From IMG/VR virus record IMGVR_UViG_3300010362_000012, positions 20,425 through 84,424 of that record: a stretch of DNA of 64,000 nt. One strand, given 5' to 3'. Made by a program: the position numbers and the translations under genes. The notes under the pieces were generated by a model. The model was not told where the DNA came from, searched no databases, and worked only from the letters and a program-made list of their open reading frames with translations. This DNA is from a virus (lineage: Duplodnaviria; Caudoviricetes). Below, in pieces: positions 34,232 through 42,739 of this stretch (position 1 is its first letter; every line of letters begins with the position of its first letter).

Positions 34232-36652
34232 ATGGCGGTCGCGTCAGGGACGTTTGGTCGTGCTCCCGCCGTCGTGACACCCGGCGGCGCCGGGGATCCC
34301 GACAGGCCGCTGCTCGAGCACTTCGACAAAGCCAAACGCGAATGTTTCGCCGACCGCTGGCGCTATGAACGCGTGTGGACGCGCGCGATTCACTACTGCA
34401 ACATGCGCCAGTGGCTCGGCGTCTACGACCGCAACGGCGGTTGGATGGACAGCCGCGTCGCGAAGGGCGTGCCGCGGCCGGTGACGAGCAAGCCGAAAGA
34501 AGGCCTGCAGGCAATCCGCGCGATGTTCACGGCGGCGACGTTGGGCGTGGACGTGCGGCCGTTGAAGAACGACGTCCAGTCGATGACGACGGCGACGACC
34601 GCCGACAAACTCGCGCCGGTGTTGTATATCGCCAACGACATGGACCAGGTGCTGCACGAAGGCGATTACTGGTTCATCGTCACGGGCAATGTGATTTATC
34701 ACGTCAGCTACGACGATGACGGGACGTACCTCCAAGTGCCGTTCGAACGCTGTCTCTCGTGCGGCTACGAAGTGACGAGCGACGTGATCGCGAAAGCCGG
34801 GCAGAAATGTCCGATGTGCGGCAAACCCGGCCCGTTTGTGCGCGCGGTCGGTCCCGACGGGCGGCCGCGGATGGACGTGCGCGCCAACGGCCACACCGTC
34901 ACCACCGCGCTCTCGCCGCTCGAGGTCGCGTTCCCCTTCATGCGGCCACGCTGGAGCCTCGTCGATCGGCTGATCCGGATGCGCTGGCGCACGAAGGCCT
35001 ACTATGAATCGCAGCCGGCGCTCGAGCCGTACGTGAAGCGCATCACGTTCGCGAAAACCTCGACCGAGCGGTCGCTGCAGATTTTCCAGTCGCTGCCGTT
35101 CCAGACCGAGCTCAGTCCGAACCTGCTCGGCACGGCCGCGGGCAGCGGCGACGAAGAAGGCGTCGCCGAATACGAGCTCTGGGAACGCCCGACGCCGATG
35201 CGGCCCGACGGGTTCGTGATGCGCGTCGCCGGCGACAGCACGCCCGTCGTGCTCCATCTCGAGGAGACGGAGGGCTTGCCCGGCCCACTGCCGTATCACG
35301 AAGCGAACGGTAATCCGCTCTGGACGTTTCACCACGCAGCGTACGAACACGTCGGCGGGCGCGTGCTCGGCACCGGCGCGCTCGATCCCGCGATGGGGAA
35401 GTTCGATCAGCTGAATCGCCTCGACTCGATCGTCGAGATGATGATGACGCGGATGGCGATTCCGCAGATCTTGAAACCCAAAGGCCAGGACATCCAGTGG
35501 CTCGGCGATTCGCCGGCCATGCCGGGCCTCATCGCCGAATACGCGCCGGCGCCGGGCGGCGGCAAACCGGAACAGTGGCCCGGCCAGGATCCGCCGCGGT
35601 CGTGGGTGCAGCTCCGGCTGCAGATCAGCGAGGAGATTGACGCGGCGCTCGGCACGAACGACGTGCTGCGCGGACGCAAACCGCCGAACGTCGAAGCGTT
35701 CTCCGCGATGCAGTTGCTCGTCGAGGCGGGCGAAGCGCGCTTCGCCGGGGCGTTCAAATCGCGCGCGCTCGCGTTCCGCGATCTGACGCGCTCGCAGATT
35801 GAAATCGAACGCGAATTCGGTCCTGAGAAACGCGTGCAGTCGGTGATCACGCCCGGCCGCGGGTATAACTTCCAGACCTTCCAGCGTGCGGATCTCGACG
35901 GCGAGGTCACGTTCGAAGTGGCGGACGGCAGCACCAAGCCGAAAACTCAGCTCGCCGAGCGCGCGTCGATCGAGCATCTCAAACAACTCGGCGGCGTCGA
36001 TATCAACAATCCCGATACGCAATACGCGGTCTACCAGAAACTCGGACAGACCGATCTGATTCCGGCGACCGACAATCAGCATCAGGCGGCGCTACAGAAT
36101 CAGGAACTGTTCATGAACTGGATTCGCACGCCTGCTGCGTTGACGTACGTTCCGCAGGCTGCACCTCCGGCGGCGGGGGCGGAGGGAGGGATTCCGCCTC
36201 CGCCACCGGATCCAAGCACGGATCCGACCTACCCGTTTGTCTTGCAGCCGTGGTACGAGGTCCCCATCCACCGCATCGAGCTCGTCAAGTGGGCGGTCAG
36301 CGACGAGGCCATCGAGTTGTTCAAGATGATTCCGAAGGCGCGGTACTTCGTGGCGAAATATCTCGGCGAGATGGATCAGAAGATCGGCAACGCCACGACG
36401 CCGCCGCCAGAGAAACCGAAGATCTCCTACAGCTTCGGCAGCGAGGACATGGCCGCCGATCCGGCTGTGCGTCAGGCCTTCCTCGCCGCCGCGGACATTC
36501 CGCCGCCGGCGTCGCGCACCGCGCCCGGCGAACCGGGCGGCCCGCCGCAAGGCGCCGGCCTGGCGATGGCGAACAGCAATCAGAATACGGCGCCGATCGG
36601 CAACCAGGCGCAGCCGGCCATGCCGGCCGTCGGCGCGGGACCGGGGACGTAG
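34232..36652 (+). CDS. Portal protein (P22/podovirus-like) with Zn-ribbon insertion
   Basis: 806 aa between terL and scaffold/MCP; Q..LNR..S.I, GTNDVLRG...AFSAMQLLVE portal-like segments; Pro-rich tail. Confidence 0.8.
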   Translation: MAVASGTFGRAPAVVTPGGAGDPDRPLLEHFDKAKRECFADRWRYERVWTRAIHYCNMRQWLGVYDRNGGWMDSRVAKGVPRPVTSKPKEGLQAIRAMFTAATLGVDVRPLKNDVQSMTTATTADKLAPVLYIANDMDQVLHEGDYWFIVTGNVIYHVSYDDDGTYLQVPFERCLSCGYEVTSDVIAKAGQKCPMCGKPGPFVRAVGPDGRPRMDVRANGHTVTTALSPLEVAFPFMRPRWSLVDRLIRMRWRTKAYYESQPALEPYVKRITFAKTSTERSLQIFQSLPFQTELSPNLLGTAAGSGDEEGVAEYELWERPTPMRPDGFVMRVAGDSTPVVLHLEETEGLPGPLPYHEANGNPLWTFHHAAYEHVGGRVLGTGALDPAMGKFDQLNRLDSIVEMMMTRMAIPQILKPKGQDIQWLGDSPAMPGLIAEYAPAPGGGKPEQWPGQDPPRSWVQLRLQISEEIDAALGTNDVLRGRKPPNVEAFSAMQLLVEAGEARFAGAFKSRALAFRDLTRSQIEIEREFGPEKRVQSVITPGRGYNFQTFQRADLDGEVTFEVADGSTKPKTQLAERASIEHLKQLGGVDINNPDTQYAVYQKLGQTDLIPATDNQHQAALQNQELFMNWIRTPAALTYVPQAAPPAAGAEGGIPPPPPDPSTDPTYPFVLQPWYEVPIHRIELVKWAVSDEAIELFKMIPKARYFVAKYLGEMDQKIGNATTPPPEKPKISYSFGSEDMAADPAVRQAFLAAADIPPPASRTAPGEPGGPPQGAGLAMANSNQNTAPIGNQAQPAMPAVGAGPGT

Positions 36653-36889
36653 ATGCGGGATGCGCTCGCGGCGTTGATGCGCGCGACCCGATCAGGCCCG
36701 ACGTTGTCGCCGACCGAGCGCGCGACCTACAACGCGCTGCATGCGAAGCTGGATGCCGCCACGACGCCGGACGATCAGGCGTACTGGCAGACCCAACTCA
36801 ACAGTTTGCCGCCGCGGGTGCTCCAGGTCACCGGCCAGGAAGAGCGCCAGCGGTACCTTGAGGCCATCAACCCCACCGGCACCGGATGA
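36653..36889 (+). CDS. Hypothetical protein
   Basis: Abuts the portal stop. Confidence 0.55.
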   Translation: MRDALAALMRATRSGPTLSPTERATYNALHAKLDAATTPDDQAYWQTQLNSLPPRVLQVTGQEERQRYLEAINPTGTG

Positions 36890-36895
36890 GCAGGC

Positions 36896-37050
36896 TTGGC
36901 ATGGCCCAAAACTCGGGTGTATAGTCCACCGCGTACGACCTCGTGTAACAAACCGCTGCGACCTCCCTCCGGTCGCACACTCGCGTAAGACCCGACCTCA
37001 CGCGTACGACCCAAACCGCGATCGTGTAATACGCAATCCCGCGTAACACC
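36896..37050 (+). promoter_or_regulatory. Sigma70-like promoter plus leader with six related 11-mers
   Basis: TTGGCA-N18-TATAGT; CGCGTACGACC, CGTGTAACAAA, CGCGTAAGACC, CGCGTACGACC, CGTGTAATACG, CGCGTAACACC. Confidence 0.55.
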
Positions 37051-37072
37051 TGTTCGGGAAAGGCACGGCGTC

Positions 37073-37957
37073 ATGACACTCACTCATTGGGACAGCCCGA
37101 CTGTGTACTTTGCTGCGGAGTCTGGCGCCGGCGGTGGCGCCACTGGGAGCACTGTCAGCCCCCCTGGCGGTGATGGGGCGGCAGCCCCGGCCCAGGCTCC
37201 TGTAGCGGCCGACGGCGCGGCGGCGGCCGGCGGCGAGAAGACGTTCACCTACAAGGAAGATCGCTCGGCCTGGATCGATCCCGATCGCTACCGGCGCGCG
37301 GAAGCGGCGGTCAATCGCACGGCGAGCGAGCTCGAGCGCGCGCGCGGCTACATCGCCGAACAGAACCGCCGCATCGCCGCCCTCGCCGGCGTGGCTCCGT
37401 CGGATCCGAAACAGGCGGAAGCGGAGCAGATCGCCAACGCGTTCTACAGCCTGCCGCAGTTCGCGCACTTGCGCTACGTCACGCCGGAATTGATTCGGAG
37501 CGTCGCGGCGTTGGTCCAGGACGGAAGCTCGATCACCGCGGCCCGCGATCACGTCTGGAATGCCCACACCGATCGGTTCCTCGACCGTCTCGACGAGGCC
37601 TTCGCCACCGAGATCGGTGTGGACGCGTTGACGCCCGGCCAACAGGGCAAATTGCGCGCGGCGTTCGGCGCCCTCATTCCCGACGAGCGCACGGACCCGC
37701 AGGGACACGCGGCGTTCGCGCGACGCTACGAGGCCAACGACGAGACGCTGATCGACGACTTCGTGAAGGAGTACGTCACCGACATGCTCGAACCCGCGCG
37801 GCGCCAGGCCACCATCCCGATGCTGCGGCGCCCCGTGCCGCGCAGCGGGCCGGCCGCGCCGGTGGTCACGCAAAAAGGCAAACCGGATTACAGCAACATG
37901 ACCGTGCAGCAGATGCTCGAGCACGCTGAGAAGGAAGCCGAAGCACTCGGGCGCTGA
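37073..37957 (+). CDS. Capsid scaffolding protein
   Basis: Low-complexity N-terminus, helical coiled coil, position directly before MCP. Confidence 0.7.
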   Translation: MTLTHWDSPTVYFAAESGAGGGATGSTVSPPGGDGAAAPAQAPVAADGAAAAGGEKTFTYKEDRSAWIDPDRYRRAEAAVNRTASELERARGYIAEQNRRIAALAGVAPSDPKQAEAEQIANAFYSLPQFAHLRYVTPELIRSVAALVQDGSSITAARDHVWNAHTDRFLDRLDEAFATEIGVDALTPGQQGKLRAAFGALIPDERTDPQGHAAFARRYEANDETLIDDFVKEYVTDMLEPARRQATIPMLRRPVPRSGPAAPVVTQKGKPDYSNMTVQQMLEHAEKEAEALGR

Positions 37958-38001
37958 TCCCCGGTTCTCGCGCGCGTCAATGGGCTGAGTGAGGATGCAT
38001 C

Positions 38002-39327
38002 ATGGCTGGACCCGGATCAGATGCTGCGACAGAGGACGGCCTCCTCAAAACGACCTACGAGGATGTCATCGCCGAAGGCGTGCTGAAAAAGTTTCAGCTC
38101 CGCGACGCATTCAAACCCAAAGATTCCCCCTGGGACGGCGGGCGCGGAAAAGAGTGGAGCGCGCACGTCGAGAGAAACAACTCCCCGATGGCCGTCGGCT
38201 CCGATAGCGCGATCCCGGTCGCCGACAATCAGAAGTACATCACCGGGTTCATCACGCAGCGCAAGATCATGGCGCGGTGGCGTGTCACGCAGGAACAACT
38301 CGATGACACGCAGTCACGCGAGGGCGCGTATCGATCGACACGCTCGGAGAACATGGAGCGTCTCATCGATGACATCGCCTATCGAGAAGAATTTTACCTG
38401 GGGAGTGATGGGCGGGGCGTCTTCGCGATTGTCGATGCTACCACATCGGGCACGACGCTCGAGCTCAATTCCCCCGGCAACGTCTCCTCGACCGGCGTCG
38501 CGATCACGAGCGCGTTCGGCAATCGCTTCATCAAGCGCGGCATGACGCTCGCTGCGATCAATCCCGCAAACGGTGTCATCCGCACGAATACGCCGAAAGT
38601 CACGGCAGTCAACAGCGACGGCACCGACGTGACGGTGTCGGCCGCGCCGAGCTGGACGACGGGCGACTACGTGGTGCAGGCGGCGAACACGTCCGTCACC
38701 GATGCGCTCGATACCGCGTACGAGAAAGCGCCCTGGGGCATCACCGCGCTCATCGATGACGGGACCTACCGACAGAACTATTTCGGCGTCGATCGCGCGC
38801 TCTACCCGAACTACACGTCCTACGTCTCGGCCTCGACCGGCGCGTTGTCGTTCGATCTGCTGCAGCGCGTGAGCGACATCGTCAACCAGCGACTCGACGG
38901 CGAGGTCAATGCGATCTGGTCGCATCACTCGGTGCGTCGCGTCTACATCCTGCTGACCCAGGCCGATCGCCGCTACGCCGATCAATCGAGCCGCATGAAT
39001 CCCGACGGCGGCACGCGCGCGTTCCAGCAGGAAGACCTGACGATGGGGTCCGTCGCGTACAAAGCGATCCGCACCCTGCCGCTGCGAAGCATGTTCCTCG
39101 TGGACACGACCGGCGGCGACTTCGTGAGGTACACCAGCGAGAAAGGCAAGTGGGTGAGCGGCACCAGCGGCGAGATCCTCGTCCGAGATGGAACCGGCGT
39201 GGCAGCGCGCCACAGTTGGGAGGCGTGGTATTACAAGCGCTACAACCTGTTTTGCCGCAATCCTGGCAAGTGCGCGCGGCTCGACGGCCTAACTGGCATG
39301 ACGTTCGTTGTCGTGCGTGGTGAATAG
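38002..39327 (+). CDS. Major capsid protein (HK97 fold presumed)
   Basis: 441 aa after scaffold; composition and synteny typical of podovirus coat proteins; GAGG RBS. Confidence 0.8.
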   Translation: MAGPGSDAATEDGLLKTTYEDVIAEGVLKKFQLRDAFKPKDSPWDGGRGKEWSAHVERNNSPMAVGSDSAIPVADNQKYITGFITQRKIMARWRVTQEQLDDTQSREGAYRSTRSENMERLIDDIAYREEFYLGSDGRGVFAIVDATTSGTTLELNSPGNVSSTGVAITSAFGNRFIKRGMTLAAINPANGVIRTNTPKVTAVNSDGTDVTVSAAPSWTTGDYVVQAANTSVTDALDTAYEKAPWGITALIDDGTYRQNYFGVDRALYPNYTSYVSASTGALSFDLLQRVSDIVNQRLDGEVNAIWSHHSVRRVYILLTQADRRYADQSSRMNPDGGTRAFQQEDLTMGSVAYKAIRTLPLRSMFLVDTTGGDFVRYTSEKGKWVSGTSGEILVRDGTGVAARHSWEAWYYKRYNLFCRNPGKCARLDGLTGMTFVVVRGE

Positions 39328-39359
39328 CGAATCGAGATTCGACGACTGACGAGGAGAGC

Positions 39360-39893
39360 ATGACCATGCGACGAATCGGACTGAGTCTCGCGTTGATCCT
39401 GCTGGGCGTGACCCTGCTCGCGAACAGCGTGCATCTGAAAGGCGGCGCGAACGCGCAACCCAGCTTCAATGATCTCGGACTGGCCTTGGAAGCCGCGGCA
39501 TCGCTCGCGGGGTTAGGCAACGGGGATGTCCTCGTCACGCTGGCCGCCACGGCCAACGTCACGGCAACCTGCACCAACCAGGGCGGCAATGCGGCACCGG
39601 GGCAGAACCCCGCGCCGATCAGCGTCTCTGGCAGTCAGGCGATTCCGGAGGAGGCGATCAAAAACGGGACGACGCCATTCGATGTGGTGACCATTGCGCC
39701 CGTGGCGATCATTCCCGGCGCGCCCGATTGCGCCAACCCCAATTGGACGGAAGCCATCACCGACCTGTCGTTCACCAGCGCGACGATCACCGTGGAACAA
39801 CCGCCAGGCACACGCGTGCTGAGCGTCGGCTGTACGTTCACGCCGGCGACGACGAATGGGGCTGTGCCCGGCGCCACCGTCGCCTGTTCATAG
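39360..39893 (+). CDS. Secreted protein with Sec signal peptide
   Basis: MRRIGLSLALILLGVTLLA|NSV; LAGLGNGDV...ATCTNQGGN..PGQN; Cys pairs. Confidence 0.7.
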   Translation: MTMRRIGLSLALILLGVTLLANSVHLKGGANAQPSFNDLGLALEAAASLAGLGNGDVLVTLAATANVTATCTNQGGNAAPGQNPAPISVSGSQAIPEEAIKNGTTPFDVVTIAPVAIIPGAPDCANPNWTEAITDLSFTSATITVEQPPGTRVLSVGCTFTPATTNGAVPGATVACS

Positions 39894-39905
39894 AGGGAAC
39901 TGCTC

Positions 39906-40304
39906 ATGCAATTCGGGGATACCGTCCTGCTCGTCAACCGCACCACGAAGATGCTGTCGGCGCAGTGGGACGGCACGCACTACCACTTCGAACCCGGCGA
40001 GACGCCGAACGTGCCGACCGCGATCGCCGTTGCGGCAGTCAAGCAGAACCCGCTGCTCGGCTCAGAGGATCCGCTCGGCGACCCGAATCTCTTCACGTCG
40101 CTGTTCGGCATCAAAGGCGCGCGCGATCCCTTCGGCGACTGCTCGCCGCTCGAGCAGAGCAACGCCGGCGAACGGATCGATCGCACCAAGGTACTGGGCG
40201 TCGGCCGCAAGGTGAAGGGCATGAACGCGGGCGGCCCGACGCACTTCGATGCGCGCCAGGGCGTGGAGACGGTCAACCTGCAGGACGACGCCGAACGCCG
40301 ATGA
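39906..40304 (+). CDS. Hypothetical head-module protein
   Basis: Operon context; GAGGG RBS. Confidence 0.65.
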   Translation: MQFGDTVLLVNRTTKMLSAQWDGTHYHFEPGETPNVPTAIAVAAVKQNPLLGSEDPLGDPNLFTSLFGIKGARDPFGDCSPLEQSNAGERIDRTKVLGVGRKVKGMNAGGPTHFDARQGVETVNLQDDAERR

Positions 40305-40873
40305 TCGAGCTGGGCGCGATCTACGTGCGGGATCTGAATCCCTTCAACCTCGAGCCGCCACCGCTCTGGTGGCAGCAGGGATTGTGGGCCTTCGATGCGG
40401 ATTTGCGGATGCTGCCCGGTCGCAAAAAACCCGTCTGGTGGTTGGCGCGGGTGAAACGCTACAGCAAAGGCCTGACGGGTGAGGCGATCATCGACGACCA
40501 GAACGACACGGCCATGTTCGTCAAGCATGACCTGGTGCCGGTGACGTGGATCGCCAGTACCGACGGCTGGAGCGAAGGCTTTCTCACCTACGTCGTCGGC
40601 GAGCTCGCGGCGCGGGATACCTGGGCGGTCGAAGGCGGGCCGCTCACGGAGGATCGCGTCAAGAAGGCGATGTTCGAAGGCGGATCGAAATACGGCGAGA
40701 TGCTGGATGAACGCGATGCCGCCGAGCGCCGCGGAATCGATCGCGAGGTGCGCGACGACGTCTATCACGCAACAGGTGACGCGTGGCGAAGTCTTCAGGC
40801 CCGAACAGGCGAGCGAGTCCTCAACGCCGGAAGACCCAGCGACCTGCCGCCCCCCACGGAGCCAAGCGCATGA
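40301..40873 (+). CDS. Hypothetical head-module protein
   Basis: ATGA coupling; true start inside the longer track ORF. Confidence 0.65.
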   Translation: MIELGAIYVRDLNPFNLEPPPLWWQQGLWAFDADLRMLPGRKKPVWWLARVKRYSKGLTGEAIIDDQNDTAMFVKHDLVPVTWIASTDGWSEGFLTYVVGELAARDTWAVEGGPLTEDRVKKAMFEGGSKYGEMLDERDAAERRGIDREVRDDVYHATGDAWRSLQARTGERVLNAGRPSDLPPPTEPSA

Positions 40874-41199
40874 CGAAACGAGTCGAGCACGACGACGAAC
40901 CGAATGATGTAGCGGTGCCGACCTCGATGCGGATGTCCATCGCCGACCCGACCACGCTTGCGTTCACGCTTGATCCCAGCAGTGGACCGGAGCACACGGC
41001 GATTGTGATCACCGGCACCGACTTCGGCGATCAACCGGGCACGCTGTTTCTCAATGAAGTGCCGGCACCCGTCGTGCTCTGGACGCCGCTGGTGATCCAG
41101 ACGCTCGTGCCGTACGGCGCGACGAGCGGCGAGCTCGTGGTGACGACGACCGATGGCCGCCGGGGTGCGGCGACGTTCACCGTGACCGAGAAGGACTGA
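40870..41199 (+). CDS. IPT/TIG domain protein
   Basis: LDPSSGPEHTAIVITGTDFG...VPYGATSGELVVTT. Confidence 0.7.
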   Translation: MTKRVEHDDEPNDVAVPTSMRMSIADPTTLAFTLDPSSGPEHTAIVITGTDFGDQPGTLFLNEVPAPVVLWTPLVIQTLVPYGATSGELVVTTTDGRRGAATFTVTEKD

Positions 41200-41480
41200 T
41201 GCCCGACGACCCGCGCCGGCCGTTTACGCCCAATGTCTTCTGGTCGGGCGAGTCGCGCATGCCGGCGCCGGCGCCGCCCGACAAGGATGCGGCCACGATG
41301 GACTGGCTGCAGAACTGGTACGCGCAGCAACCGGGACTGATCGACAAGCTCGCCGGCGTCGGCTTGAAATTGCAATCGCTGCTCCCAAGGAAGCGGGAAG
41401 ACATCGAGCTGCCGCCGTCCCCGAACGGATCGATCGCGGCGCTGCGTCGGAAAACTCAATCACGAGGAGACGGCCGATGA
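41199..41480 (+). CDS. Hypothetical protein
   Basis: TGATG coupling. Confidence 0.55.
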   Translation: MPDDPRRPFTPNVFWSGESRMPAPAPPDKDAATMDWLQNWYAQQPGLIDKLAGVGLKLQSLLPRKREDIELPPSPNGSIAALRRKTQSRGDGR

Positions 41481-42058
41481 ACTGGACGAAGCAATTTACG
41501 CAGTCGCCCGACGGCTATCTGTGGGCGAACCAGGCGGCGGCGGCCGCCATCGAAGCGGAGTCCGCCATCTGGCAACGCGTGGACATGGCGCTTGCCGGCG
41601 CGACGCCCGGCGCGCAGCGGGCCTTCGATGGCTTGCGGCGATGGATGGCGCAGCACCTCCAGGCGCCGCAGGCGCGCTTCACGCCGCTCGTCAACTCGAC
41701 CAGCGGGCTGATCACGGCGTCCACCGGCGGCCTCTACGGCCTGATCGCGACGCGGCTGTATGGTGTCTACATCCGCAAGACGAACGTCGCCGGATCCTCG
41801 ACAGCCAGCTATTTGAAATTTTTCGACGACGGCACGGACGGCGCGCTCTCGGGCATGACCGCCGCGAGCCGTCTCGTGATTCCGCTTGGCGCCGTGTCGA
41901 GCGGCAACCCCGGCACGCTCTACGAGGGCTTGTACGTGAACCCGAACGGCCTCGCCGTCGCGAACGGTCTGCGGTTCGCGCTCGTCACGCTCGCCGATAC
42001 GTTCACGATTTCGGCGGCGGCGGACGGTGGCGACGGCTTCGCGATCACCGCGCCGTAG
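41477..42058 (+). CDS. Hypothetical virion protein
   Basis: AGGAG RBS; beta-rich C-terminus. Confidence 0.65.
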   Translation: MNWTKQFTQSPDGYLWANQAAAAAIEAESAIWQRVDMALAGATPGAQRAFDGLRRWMAQHLQAPQARFTPLVNSTSGLITASTGGLYGLIATRLYGVYIRKTNVAGSSTASYLKFFDDGTDGALSGMTAASRLVIPLGAVSSGNPGTLYEGLYVNPNGLAVANGLRFALVTLADTFTISAAADGGDGFAITAP

Positions 42059-42068
42059 GGAGGATTCC

Positions 42069-42605
42069 ATGCCGCAACACTGGATTGAGCGCGGGCCGGC
42101 GACGGGTGGGGCGCCGCCGGATTTCGCGAACACGCCGAACGCGAACGGCGTGTACGTCGATGGCCTGACCAACGAGCTCGTCGTCGGCACCGGCACGTCG
42201 GGTTCGAGCGGCAGCCCCGCGACGCAAGTGCGGAGTCTCCGTACGCGCGTCGCGATCGCCGACGTCAACGCCGGCCTGACGCTGCTGCCGGCCGTCGCCG
42301 GCCGCAAGTATCGATTGATCGACGTGCAGGCCATCGCGGTCGGTGGTGCCGCCGCGGCGGGCACGACCGTCGATATTCTCGGTACGCAGAGCAGCGCGAG
42401 CGTCAAGCTCGTCACCTTCGCGCAGGCGAACCTGACACAGTCAACCGTCCTGCGCCCTGGCTCAACCGGCGTCACGGTCCTCGCCGACGGCGCCTCGTTT
42501 GTGCAGAACGATGCGAACACCGCGATCACGATCGGGAAGACGGGCAGCAGCTTCACCACGGCGACGGCGATCGACATCGCGCTAACGTACGCGCTCGAGA
42601 GCTAA
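42069..42605 (+). CDS. Putative virion/capsid decoration protein
   Basis: GGAGG RBS; Ala/Thr/Gly-rich beta sandwich. Confidence 0.55.
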   Translation: MPQHWIERGPATGGAPPDFANTPNANGVYVDGLTNELVVGTGTSGSSGSPATQVRSLRTRVAIADVNAGLTLLPAVAGRKYRLIDVQAIAVGGAAAAGTTVDILGTQSSASVKLVTFAQANLTQSTVLRPGSTGVTVLADGASFVQNDANTAITIGKTGSSFTTATAIDIALTYALES

Positions 42606-42612
42606 AGAAGAC

Positions 42613-42702
42613 TTACTGGAGTCGGACAAAAACGATCAGGACGAGCAACACCACGGCGAAACAGATCAGCGCGATCACGATCAAGCTCTGGTGTTTCTTC
42701 AT
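42613..42702 (-). CDS. 29-aa single-TM peptide, antisense to the structural operon
   Basis: MKKHQSLIVIALICFAVVLLVLIVFVRLQ fills the intergenic gap. Confidence 0.5.
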   Translation of the reverse strand: MKKHQSLIVIALICFAVVLLVLIVFVRLQ

Positions 42703-42739
42703 CGCCCGCGTACGGGACATGCAAGGCGAATAGCAAACG

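Noticed and set aside
34244-36082. 612-aa antisense ORF (also 47492-49762, 52584-55010, 57870-59396 and mirrors)
   Set aside because: Shadow ORFs opposite real genes, expected in high-GC DNA; Arg-rich with no motifs.
36930-37050. CRISPR array
   Set aside because: 11-bp degenerate units with 1-29-bp gaps; no cas genes. No CRISPR array seen anywhere in the window.
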